Shown: positions 9,366-17,954 of the stretch, one piece after another
Layout: every line of letters begins with the position of its first letter
How positions within the stretch are numbered: the first letter of the stretch is position 1
The notes under the pieces: model-generated
What the model saw: only the letters and a program-made list of their open reading frames with translations
What the model was told of the DNA's origin: nothing
Databases searched by the model: none
Program-made: the position numbers and the translations under genes
From: Candidatus Goldiibacteriota bacterium
Lineage (GTDB): Bacteria; Oederibacteriota; PGYV01
Assembly: GCA_016937715.1 (NCBI GenBank)
Contig: JAFGWA010000005.1
Span: 5,040 to 69,039, forward strand
Length of the DNA stretch: 64,000 nucleotides
Direction: 5' to 3'

Positions 9366-10430
9366 CTATTGTGTTAAAATTTTATTATACTTAACAACCC
9401 TGTTAGTATTAAAACCGGTATAGTAATCGGTGACATAAAGATTTCCCTGATTATCAAAAACAATATCCCTTAATCCATGAAACGGCTCATTGATATCAGG
9501 CCAGGTATTAGACTGTATATACGCCACTCTATTACCATCTAATCCTATAAAATCAATATTAAAACTGTCCAATCTTATAATTATGCCTGTACTTTCGCAT
9601 CCCACATTTAACGCCCAGCCTATCCAGACAGGATTTACTGAAAGATTTCCATCAGGTGTAAAAACATATATATGGGATGCATTGTTGGACACATATACAT
9701 AATTATTACTTTTATTTATTGCGACCCTTATGTTGCCTGCCGTATAATACGGATGGCCCGAAACCGCACTTTTCCACTCTTCAATAAAAGTCCCGTCTGT
9801 CATAAACTTCTGTATTCTTGCATTGTTGCCGTCAGTGACATAAACAATATTATTACCGTCTATTGCCACATCCACAGGTCCGTTAAATTGCCCGTTTCCG
9901 GAACCGGACGTTCCCCACTGCGCCTGATATACTCCGTCAGAATTAAATACCTGAATCCTATTGTTGCCGGTGTCCACAACATAAACATTGTTATTGGTAT
10001 CAAGCGCTATCCCGTCAGGAGCGTTAAATTCTCCGTTCCCGCTGCCTGCGGATCCCCATTTTTTTAAAAATGTTCCCGAGGAATTGAATTTTCGAACTCT
10101 GTTATTTCCTTTGTCTACAACATATATATTATCCTGGGAGTCCACAGCAAGACTCTGCGGATTATTAAAATTTCCGTCTTCGGTGCCCAGCACACCCCAT
10201 TTAGAACCCGGAGCATAACTGGCAGAAGGTAGCATTTCTACCGTTGCCATCGGAGTCGGGATATCCCCGTCATTTACAGTTCCAATTTCAGGTTCCGGCT
10301 CTGATACGGATAATTTTTTGGAACAGGAAGATATTGTAAAAACAAACAAAAACACGATACAGAAAAATACAATTATGCTTTTCATAAACCCTCCCAATAT
10401 TATGAATAGATATTTATTTTTTAATGACAA
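9366..10430 (-). CDS. NHL-repeat (six-bladed beta-propeller) lipoprotein
   Basis: Repeated blocks of the form GNNRVRKFNSSG / GNNRIQVFNSDG / GNNARIQKF; signal peptide with Cys. Confidence 0.7.
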   Translation of the reverse strand: MSLKNKYLFIILGGFMKSIIVFFCIVFLFVFTISSCSKKLSVSEPEPEIGTVNDGDIPTPMATVEMLPSASYAPGSKWGVLGTEDGNFNNPQSLAVDSQDNIYVVDKGNNRVRKFNSSGTFLKKWGSAGSGNGEFNAPDGIALDTNNNVYVVDTGNNRIQVFNSDGVYQAQWGTSGSGNGQFNGPVDVAIDGNNIVYVTDGNNARIQKFMTDGTFIEEWKSAVSGHPYYTAGNIRVAINKSNNYVYVSNNASHIYVFTPDGNLSVNPVWIGWALNVGCESTGIIIRLDSFNIDFIGLDGNRVAYIQSNTWPDINEPFHGLRDIVFDNQGNLYVTDYYTGFNTNRVVKYNKILTQ

Positions 10431-10470
10431 AAGAATAACTCAGAAATTAAACAAACTCAACTGTATTTTT

Positions 10471-11448
10471 TTAATTCAAACAAAACTTTTTACCGTACTT
10501 TTTTAACAGTTCATTTGCTTTTTTTGCGGAAACCCCGCCTGTGCAGCCGGTCTGCGTTACTGCAAGCGCGCCGCACGCAGAGGCAAACAGCATTGTATTC
10601 AGGAGAGTATTTTCATCTTTTATTTTTTCTTTAACCGTCTTCCCCTTAAGCTTTGAAAGTTTTGCGATTATCCCGGCTGTAAACGCGTCGCCCGCGCCGG
10701 TAGAATCAACGCACTTAACAGGCAGCACTGCCATATCATATGTCTTGCCGTTATACGAAAATACAGTGTTGCCGCCGCCGCATGTAATAACAGCAAACTT
10801 AAAACCCGCCTCCGTCAGAAACTTCAGCGCTTCTCTGACGTCTTTTTTGCCTGTTATAAGGCCGGCTTCATAATCATTAACGTGCAGTATGTCCGTGAAC
10901 TTGCCGCACTTAAGCAGATTACCTTTAAACTTATCCGAGGAAATGATGTAATCCAGAACAGTTATTGCTCCGGATTTTTTGGCTGTTTCCATAATCCGCA
11001 TCAGCCCGCTTTCCACGTTGGGCATTGACGGCGTCTCACCCGCGTAAAATATTGCCGGTTTCTCTTTTTTTATCAGTTTAATAACTTCAGCTGCCGTATA
11101 GATCGGATTTGAACCTTTATCCCCTATAAACGCCCTGCTCTTGTCATCAAATCCAAGAATAAAACATTTCGCGGTCTGCCCGTTTTTTATAATTTTAACT
11201 CTGCTTTTAATTTTGTATTTTTCAAGATACCCGGCCAGCATATTACCAAACATGTCATCACCGGTAACACTTCCACAGATGACATTCTTTACTCCCAGTT
11301 TTGACAGGTCTATTGCCACATTTAACACATTACCGCCCGGATGGTGCGAAATCCGCGATTTAAATCCGGTGTTTGGCGCAACAGCAGAATCCAGACCCTG
11401 CGCGAAAATATCCACAACAAGCGTGCCGACACACAGTACTTTTGTCAT
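10471..11448 (-). CDS. PfkB-family carbohydrate kinase (ribokinase-like)
   Basis: C-terminal TGAGDAFTAGII motif; 4-nt overlap with the upstream gene. Confidence 0.8.
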   Translation of the reverse strand: MTKVLCVGTLVVDIFAQGLDSAVAPNTGFKSRISHHPGGNVLNVAIDLSKLGVKNVICGSVTGDDMFGNMLAGYLEKYKIKSRVKIIKNGQTAKCFILGFDDKSRAFIGDKGSNPIYTAAEVIKLIKKEKPAIFYAGETPSMPNVESGLMRIMETAKKSGAITVLDYIISSDKFKGNLLKCGKFTDILHVNDYEAGLITGKKDVREALKFLTEAGFKFAVITCGGGNTVFSYNGKTYDMAVLPVKCVDSTGAGDAFTAGIIAKLSKLKGKTVKEKIKDENTLLNTMLFASACGALAVTQTGCTGGVSAKKANELLKKYGKKFCLN

Positions 11449-12818
11449 AAGCGCCCCCTTATTTTCATAAGTTCTTTTATTCCGGTTTTTTTAAGCTCGC
11501 CGGCCAGTTTTTTCAATGCCTTTTTTATCTGCCCGGGCTTTATTTTCGGGTAATCCCTTGCCGCGCGCATCAGGAATTCCTTGTAATCACGCTTAATTGC
11601 CATTGAAGCAATCTCTTTTAACGTAAAGGTTTTAAATATCGCGATAAGCGCCTGTGCCGCGAATATCAGGCTTAAGTCATTTCCCTTTAAAAAACTCTTT
11701 ATAAATTTAACGCTGTTATCTTTCATTCCGCTGACTGCCTTGTTAAAAATCACTTCATCCATATTTTTTAATATATCAGCCACAAGATAATGAAGTTCAT
11801 ACCCCGGATATCTTAACGCCACAATTTTTTCCTCGTACTCGGAATAATTATTCTTAACGCCCCGCTTAAAACATCTGCCAATAAGCCGTGCTTCTTCAAT
11901 CGCGCGAAGAAGCCCAAAACCGCTTGAAGGTAAAGGTGATGACACGCTGTCGCCGCAGAAAAAAATCCGCCCGCGCCTTAAATACCTTCTTTCCATAAGC
12001 GGAATATTTCCCTGTATTTCTTTTAACCGCCTTCCCCCCGCCCCCATGTACTTTATGTACATGTTAAGCGATTTTTCCATTCTTGCGCGGCTTTTCGCGT
12101 CAAGTTTTTCAAAAGCAAAACAGCCGGCAAGCGCCTCGTGTTTGTTATACGGAAGCAACCAGAAATAGTCTTTGCCCGGAAAAGGCGCGTGAAAAATATG
12201 CGCTTTGGAAATGTCTTTTAAGGGTTTTTCAAGTTTTATCTCCGCGGCGCAGCACCCCATATAATCGCCGCGCGGCTCTTTTTTTCCAAGCGGCCTCTGA
12301 TTCTTTGAATACCACCCCATGGCATCAACAAAATATCCGGCTTTGTAATAACCCTTATTTGTTTTCACGCCGGCATAACCGCCGTTTTGAACGCATTTTA
12401 AAACGGCTTCTTTTTCCTTTATTTCCGCCCCGGCTTTTATCGCCCTTGCTTTAAGCATAAGCAGCAGTTTTTTAGTATCCACCACCGCTGAATCGGACTT
12501 TTTAAGTTCGTACGCCCCGCCCAGATAACTTGAAAATACAAGCGTATCTATCCTGTGTTTTACCGCGGACGCGCACCCCGCCTTTTTAAGCCCGCTGTAC
12601 CATGTTATCCAGCTTCTGGGAGTGCTGCCAATATAGTTTTTTTCTATCAGCAGGGTTTTTAATCCTGTTTTGGATATTTCACGCGCGGCAGTTAAGCCCG
12701 CCGGCCCCCCGCCTAAAACGATTACATCATATTTTTTTATGGCACTTACCCCCTGAACTTTAAACTTTGCATTTTTTGATATTTTTATAATTGTTGCATA
12801 AATATTAAGTTTAAACAA
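11445..12818 (-). CDS. FAD-dependent oxidoreductase (geranylgeranyl-reductase / lycopene-cyclase-like)
   Basis: Rossmann dinucleotide motif DVIVLGGGPAGLTAA near the N-terminus. Confidence 0.7.
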   Translation of the reverse strand: MFKLNIYATIIKISKNAKFKVQGVSAIKKYDVIVLGGGPAGLTAAREISKTGLKTLLIEKNYIGSTPRSWITWYSGLKKAGCASAVKHRIDTLVFSSYLGGAYELKKSDSAVVDTKKLLLMLKARAIKAGAEIKEKEAVLKCVQNGGYAGVKTNKGYYKAGYFVDAMGWYSKNQRPLGKKEPRGDYMGCCAAEIKLEKPLKDISKAHIFHAPFPGKDYFWLLPYNKHEALAGCFAFEKLDAKSRARMEKSLNMYIKYMGAGGRRLKEIQGNIPLMERRYLRRGRIFFCGDSVSSPLPSSGFGLLRAIEEARLIGRCFKRGVKNNYSEYEEKIVALRYPGYELHYLVADILKNMDEVIFNKAVSGMKDNSVKFIKSFLKGNDLSLIFAAQALIAIFKTFTLKEIASMAIKRDYKEFLMRAARDYPKIKPGQIKKALKKLAGELKKTGIKELMKIRGRL

Positions 12819-12826
12819 TCCCGGTA

Positions 12827-13456
12827 TTACAACGGTTTATCAATATCCTTTAAAGCATCCTGTGCCATCAGCTGATTAAAAAACATGGGTATAATAATCA
12901 TCCTGTGAAACGGCCGGATGAAAAAAAACTCCAGTTTTCCAAACCCTGTATTATACTTCACCGTTGTAGACTCTATTATTCTGTAAATTCCCGCTTTATC
13001 CTTATTTTTGTCCAGCAGTACAGATAACCTGAAATCCATATTTTTATCATCCAGGCCCATTATCACTTCATTTTCCAGAACCTGAAAAACCATAAAGCCG
13101 CCGAACTTATCGCCCTGTTTAATTGAATCAGGCCCCCCGGATTTCATCTGATTCTCTTTTGTATAAAATTCCTTTGACCCTATCAGCAGTCCGGCTTTGT
13201 CCCTGATTTTTTCAAGAACTTTCATCCACCACGGGTCCATGCTTCCGTCAAGGACCTTCATAAGCGCTTTTTTTACATCTTCTATCGTTATCTGCCTTCC
13301 CCACCGGGCAAACACGCACTCATAACTTTCTTTATAGCCGAATGATTCTTTATGCGGATACAGCGCGGACAAAGGGGTAAATGGTATTTCTTTTATTTTG
13401 TAATCTTTCCTCATTAATCTCCCTCCAAAATTATCCGGATGCGCCGCCGTCTCCAA
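12827..13456 (-). CDS. hypothetical protein
   Basis: 209-aa ORF in an operonic position; no recognised motif. Confidence 0.4.
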   Translation of the reverse strand: METAAHPDNFGGRLMRKDYKIKEIPFTPLSALYPHKESFGYKESYECVFARWGRQITIEDVKKALMKVLDGSMDPWWMKVLEKIRDKAGLLIGSKEFYTKENQMKSGGPDSIKQGDKFGGFMVFQVLENEVIMGLDDKNMDFRLSVLLDKNKDKAGIYRIIESTTVKYNTGFGKLEFFFIRPFHRMIIIPMFFNQLMAQDALKDIDKPL

Positions 13457-13626
13457 AAATAATACTTTTTACACCGTCAACTTCCATGATAAACAATCTG
13501 ATAATATTCGGATTTTCTTTATATTTTAGTTGTTAAAATAAACCTAAACTAACTACAACTGCCCCGGGCTGAAGCCCGCGCCTACCAGGACTAAAAAACA
13601 CAGACCAACTTCAGCAGAAAAAATTA

Positions 13627-14346
13627 TTATTTTAGTTCAAATTTTACCATTACACCTGCTGATATCTTAACCGTACCCGCCGATAAAGTGCCGCCGCTTT
13701 CTGATTCCGCAGTAACGCTGTTCATCATCACGTTTGCCGCCATTTTTCCGGCAGCACGGTAGGGCTGCTGTTCTGTCTGCAGTTCTTCAATAGCAAGCGG
13801 TTTTCCTGTTACGCTGCCAAGCGATGCCGCCATTGCCTTTGCTTTTTCCTGAGCTGCTTTTAAAGCCAAAGCCCTTGCCTCGTCCGCGTACTTTCTTTTT
13901 TCTGATACTATAAACTCCATACCATTAAGGTAGTTGGACCCTGCCTGCAATATTCCGGCAACCACTGTTTCATATGCTTCCAGGCTGCGCAGAAGCACAG
14001 TAATATTTTTTGTCACGGTATAACCAACAAGCACCTGTTTGCCGCTGTAATCATATCTGGGCTGAATTGATATCCTGTCCGTCTGAATGTCCTTTTCATC
14101 AACGCCATTCTGTTTAAGCGCTTCAAATATCTTTTTTGTCTTGGTGTCATTGTCTTTCTTTGCCGCTTCTATTTCTTTGCTGTCGGAATTAACCCCAAAA
14201 CTGATTATAGCCCGGTCCGGCACCGCTTTTACATCCGCCATTCCCGTCACAGTAATGTAACGCTTTCCGTTTGAATCATCCGCGCCGGCCATTACACCAC
14301 ACGCCAGTATTAACACAACTGCAAAACAAAAACTTTTTATACGCAT
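13627..14346 (-). CDS. SIMPL-domain (DUF541) periplasmic protein
   Basis: Signal peptide plus ...YITVTGMADVKAVPDRAIISFGV, typical of the SIMPL / 26-kDa periplasmic immunogenic protein family. Confidence 0.7.
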   Translation of the reverse strand: MRIKSFCFAVVLILACGVMAGADDSNGKRYITVTGMADVKAVPDRAIISFGVNSDSKEIEAAKKDNDTKTKKIFEALKQNGVDEKDIQTDRISIQPRYDYSGKQVLVGYTVTKNITVLLRSLEAYETVVAGILQAGSNYLNGMEFIVSEKRKYADEARALALKAAQEKAKAMAASLGSVTGKPLAIEELQTEQQPYRAAGKMAANVMMNSVTAESESGGTLSAGTVKISAGVMVKFELK

Positions 14347-14420
14347 ATTTTTCCCCTTTAATGTTTATTTTAAGACATTTTATCCTTATTTTATAATTTA
14401 ATCATTAATAAAATCAAATA

Positions 14421-14448
14421 CCGGACAGCGCGGGAGCGCTGTCCCTAC
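14421..14448. repeat. hairpin repeat H1 (CCGGACAGCGCGGGAGCGCTGTCCCTAC), probably an intrinsic terminator for metY
   Basis: Perfect 9-bp stem with a GGGA loop; an A/T-rich run follows on the minus strand; further copies at 27229 and 36932. Confidence 0.6.
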
Positions 14449-14525
14449 GAAAACGAAAACGAAAACTAATACAAACACATTCAAATTAAAAGCCCTCCTT
14501 ATTCAGGAGGGCTTTTAAAAGTAAT

Positions 14526-15821
14526 TTACTTTTGTGACAGTTTAAGCGCTTCATCCAACGCTTCTTTTATGTCATCAATATGCTCTATGCCGATTGAAAG
14601 CCTTATTAAATCCGGAGTAATTCCGCCGGTTTTCTGCTGTTCTTCGGTTAACTGCGAATGCGTCGTGCTTGCGCTGTGGATTATCAAGCTCTTTGCGTCG
14701 CCCACGTTTGCCACGTGTGAAAACAGCTTTATATTATTTATAAGCTTAACAGCCGCATCGTATCCGCCTTTTATCCCAAATACCGCCACACCGCCAAAAC
14801 CATTTTTTAAATACTTCTTTGCCGTGTTATTATCCGGATGCGACGCAAGGCCGGGATACTTAACCCACGCGACAGCCGGATGTTTTTCAAGAAACTTCGC
14901 GGTTTCTAAAGCGTTATAATTGTGGCGTTCCATCCTTAAAGGCAGCGTTTCCACTCCCTGCAGAATCTGCCACGCGTTATCCGGCGATATCGCGGCGCCC
15001 AAATTTCTAAGCGGCGTTAACCGGAATTTAAGCGCGTAACACAGCGGGGAGAGCGGCCCCAGGTCGTGCGCCCATCTTAACCCATGATAGCTTTCATCCG
15101 GGTTGTTGAAAAGTTCAAATTTTTCGTCTTTCCAGTTGAATTTGCCGGCGTCAACCGCAATACCGCCCATTACCGTACCGTGGCCGCCTATCCATTTTGT
15201 AAGCGAATGCACCACAATATCCGCGCCGTGTTCTATCGGCCTTAACAGCGCGGGCGTCGTGAATGTGGAATCAACTATAAGGGGCAGATTATGCTTTTTG
15301 GCAATTTTTGAAACCTCTTCAATATCCGTGACGCCAAGCCCGGGATTGCCTATTGTTTCAATATAAATAGCGCGCGTCTTTGCGTTAATCGCCTTTTCAT
15401 AACCTGCAAAATCATTGTGGCCAACAAACCTTGTCACAATTCCGTGCTGCGGCAGTATGTCATTTAACATTGTAAACGTTCCGCCGTAAAGGTTATTGGC
15501 AGACACAATTTCATCCCCCATTTTACAGATGTTAATCAGGGCGTAATGCACTGCAGAAGTTCCGGAAGCCGTTGCCACAGCAGCCACGCCGCCTTCAAGC
15601 GCGGCAAGCCTTTGTTCCAAAACATCAGTTGTGGGATTCATTAACCTTGTGTAAATATTTCCAAGTTCTTTAAGCGCGAATAAATCCGCGCCCCTTGCCG
15701 TTGTGCCAAGGTCATAAGCCGTTGTCCTGTAAACAGGAACAGCCCTTGATTTTGTATCGTTGTCCGGTTTATGCCCCGCGTGAAGCACTTGTGTTTCCAG
15801 CCTGTAATTTTTTTCCGCCAT
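14526..15821 (-). CDS. metY: O-acetylhomoserine aminocarboxypropyltransferase (OAH sulfhydrylase), PLP-dependent
   Basis: Cys/Met-metabolism PLP family; PLP-lysine block HSLTKWIGGHG. Confidence 0.85.
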   Translation of the reverse strand: MAEKNYRLETQVLHAGHKPDNDTKSRAVPVYRTTAYDLGTTARGADLFALKELGNIYTRLMNPTTDVLEQRLAALEGGVAAVATASGTSAVHYALINICKMGDEIVSANNLYGGTFTMLNDILPQHGIVTRFVGHNDFAGYEKAINAKTRAIYIETIGNPGLGVTDIEEVSKIAKKHNLPLIVDSTFTTPALLRPIEHGADIVVHSLTKWIGGHGTVMGGIAVDAGKFNWKDEKFELFNNPDESYHGLRWAHDLGPLSPLCYALKFRLTPLRNLGAAISPDNAWQILQGVETLPLRMERHNYNALETAKFLEKHPAVAWVKYPGLASHPDNNTAKKYLKNGFGGVAVFGIKGGYDAAVKLINNIKLFSHVANVGDAKSLIIHSASTTHSQLTEEQQKTGGITPDLIRLSIGIEHIDDIKEALDEALKLSQK

Positions 15822-15840
15822 TGTGTTTTCTCCTTATTTT

Positions 15841-16764
15841 TTATTCTTCAAAAAGCCAGGTGCTTAAATATCTTTCGCCTGTATCACACATTACAGTCAC
15901 TATCAATTTTCCTTTATTTTCCGGAAGCTTTGCAAGTTCAAGCGCGCAGTGCAGATTGGCACCCGCGGAAATACCTATTAACAGCCCTTCTTCTTTGGCG
16001 GCGCGGCGGGCCGCCATACCCGCGTCTTCTTCCTTAACCTTCATTATACTGTCAATTACCTTTAAATTCACCACATCAGGTATAAAATTCGCGCCTATTC
16101 CCTGAATTTTATGCGGCCCCGGCGCTTCGCCTGACAGCACCGCGGATTTTTCCGGTTCAACTGCCACAATTTTTACTTTTTTATTTTTGGATTTTAAGTA
16201 CGCTCCGGTCCCTGTAACGGTCCCGCCTGTTCCGACCGCAGCAACAAAAATATCAACTTTACCGTCAGTGTCTTTCCATATTTCCGGGCCTGTTGTTTTT
16301 TTATGAACCTCAGGATTAGCCGGGTTATTAAACTGCTGCGGTATAAAACTGCCCGGCGTTTTGGACGCAAGCTCTTCCGCGGCTTCCACCGCTCCTTTCA
16401 TGCCTTTTGCGCCATCGGTTAAAACAAGCTGCGCGCCAAGGGCTTTTAACAATTTTCTTCTTTCAACGCTCATTGTATCGGGCATTGTCAGTATAAGTTT
16501 ATACCCTTTTACGGCGCTTATATACGCAAGCGCAATTCCGGTATTGCCGGAAGTAGGCTCTATAATAATACCGCCTTTTTTTAATCTGCCTTCTTTTTCC
16601 GCCGCTTCAATCATAGAAAGCCCTATCCTGTCTTTTACACTGGACAACGGGTTAAAATATTCAAGTTTAACAGCCACCTTTGCATAGCCATCCGCATTCA
16701 TTTTATTTATATAAACAAGGGGCGTGTTGCCTATCAGTTCAGTAATATTGCCTGCTATTTTCAT
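15841..16764 (-). CDS. cysK: cysteine synthase A (O-acetylserine sulfhydrylase)
   Basis: PLP motif [11 protein letters not shown] and [18 protein letters not shown]. Confidence 0.9.
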   Translation of the reverse strand: MKIAGNITELIGNTPLVYINKMNADGYAKVAVKLEYFNPLSSVKDRIGLSMIEAAEKEGRLKKGGIIIEPTSGNTGIALAYISAVKGYKLILTMPDTMSVERRKLLKALGAQLVLTDGAKGMKGAVEAAEELASKTPGSFIPQQFNNPANPEVHKKTTGPEIWKDTDGKVDIFVAAVGTGGTVTGTGAYLKSKNKKVKIVAVEPEKSAVLSGEAPGPHKIQGIGANFIPDVVNLKVIDSIMKVKEEDAGMAARRAAKEEGLLIGISAGANLHCALELAKLPENKGKLIVTVMCDTGERYLSTWLFEE

Positions 16765-16781
16765 GGCGTCCTCCTTCTAAA

Positions 16782-17225
16782 TTAAATGCAGTATGTCCCT
16801 TCGTTTTCTTTATTAAGCACTTTATAATCATTCACAATATCTTCAAGCGTTGTACTTTCCAGCGTTTTTACCATTTGGCTTTCAAGCTTGCACCAAAAAC
16901 CGCGCGCCGGGCACCGCCTGCTTTTATCGCACAACCCCGCATCCTTTACGCATTCAACAACTCCGGTATCCCCTTCAAGCGAATTCATTACCTGCAGCAT
17001 GTTTATTTTTGAAGGTTCTTTTGCCAGCTCATAGCCGCCTTTAGCCCCGCGCTGTGAATTAATAATTCCCGCGCTTTTCAGCTGAAGCACTATTTTGCTT
17101 AAATATTTTTCCGAGATATCCTGTTTTTCCGCTATCACATTTAATAACTGCGGCCCTTTGCCGTAATTATAGGCAAGTTCAAATAAAAGCCTTGTGCCGT
17201 ATCTTGTCCTTGTTGAAAGTTTCAC
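16782..17225 (-). CDS. Rrf2-family transcriptional regulator (CymR/IscR-like, with a Cys cluster)
   Basis: MKLSTRTRYGTRLL... is the Rrf2 HTH; three Cys sit in the C-terminal part; the gene is directly upstream of cysK-metY. Confidence 0.8.
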   Translation of the reverse strand: MKLSTRTRYGTRLLFELAYNYGKGPQLLNVIAEKQDISEKYLSKIVLQLKSAGIINSQRGAKGGYELAKEPSKINMLQVMNSLEGDTGVVECVKDAGLCDKSRRCPARGFWCKLESQMVKTLESTTLEDIVNDYKVLNKENEGTYCI

Positions 17226-17243
17226 TTTATTCTCCTTTAATCT

Positions 17244-17297
17244 CTACCATTTAGGTCTTGATAGTAGTAATTATATTCATACAATTTAAAATGTCAA
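17244..17297 (-). promoter_or_regulatory. sigma70-type promoter (TTGACA-16-TATAAT) with a downstream inverted repeat CTACCAT-N10-ATAGTAG, for the rrf2-cysK-metY operon
   Basis: On the minus strand the -35 is 17292-17297 and the -10 is 17270-17275; the inverted repeat at 17244-17267 covers the predicted TSS. Confidence 0.5.
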
Positions 17298-17306
17298 CTT
17301 TTATTT

Positions 17307-17897
17307 TTAAACTTTTAAGGACTTCTTAAGATTTTCCCTTGCCCTGAATATCAGAGATTCAACAGAAGCGGCCGAAACCGACATAATCCGCGCTATCTCT
17401 TTATAAGATTTCTCTTCATATACCAGAAGCACAATTGCCATGCGCTGGTTTTCCGGCAGCGATAAAAGCGCTTTATTTATATTTTCTTCGGCCTGATTTT
17501 TTTCCGCGCGCAGGTCCGCGGATACAGACGTATTATCAGCGATTTGCGTAAAATTTTCCGCGCCCTGTTCCCCGGTTTCCTCATGTATGCTTTTGGCGCC
17601 AAGGCCGGCATCCGTCTTTTTCTTTCTTAAAAAATCTATGGCGGTGTTTGAAACAATCCTGTAAAGCCAGGTGGTAAACTTTGCCGATGGTGAATAATTG
17701 CCCGCGCCTTTATAAACCTTTATAAACACTTCCTGCGCTATGTCTTCAGCTTCCTGCCTGCTGCGTATAAACCTGTAAGCGTAATTAAGAACCGCCTGCT
17801 GATATTTATCAAGCAGTTCATTAAACGCGTTTTTATCCCCCTGTTTAATTCTTTGCATTAAATCATGGGCTTCCATTATGACCGCCTTTAAAAGCAC
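17307..17897 (-). CDS. ECF (sigma-70 family) RNA polymerase sigma factor
   Basis: Region 2 (AQEVFIKVYK..., TWLYRI) and region 4 (EKSYKEIARIMSVS). Confidence 0.75.
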   Translation of the reverse strand: MLLKAVIMEAHDLMQRIKQGDKNAFNELLDKYQQAVLNYAYRFIRSRQEAEDIAQEVFIKVYKGAGNYSPSAKFTTWLYRIVSNTAIDFLRKKKTDAGLGAKSIHEETGEQGAENFTQIADNTSVSADLRAEKNQAEENINKALLSLPENQRMAIVLLVYEEKSYKEIARIMSVSAASVESLIFRARENLKKSLKV

Positions 17898-17954
17898 AGA
17901 ACCGCTCCCGCTTCCCCCGGCTTTTGGCTTTACAATAAACTGCTTTAATTTTTA

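Noticed and set aside
14449-14466. CGAAAA x3 tandem hexamer next to hairpin H1
   Set aside because: Too short to interpret, and not repeated elsewhere in this form.
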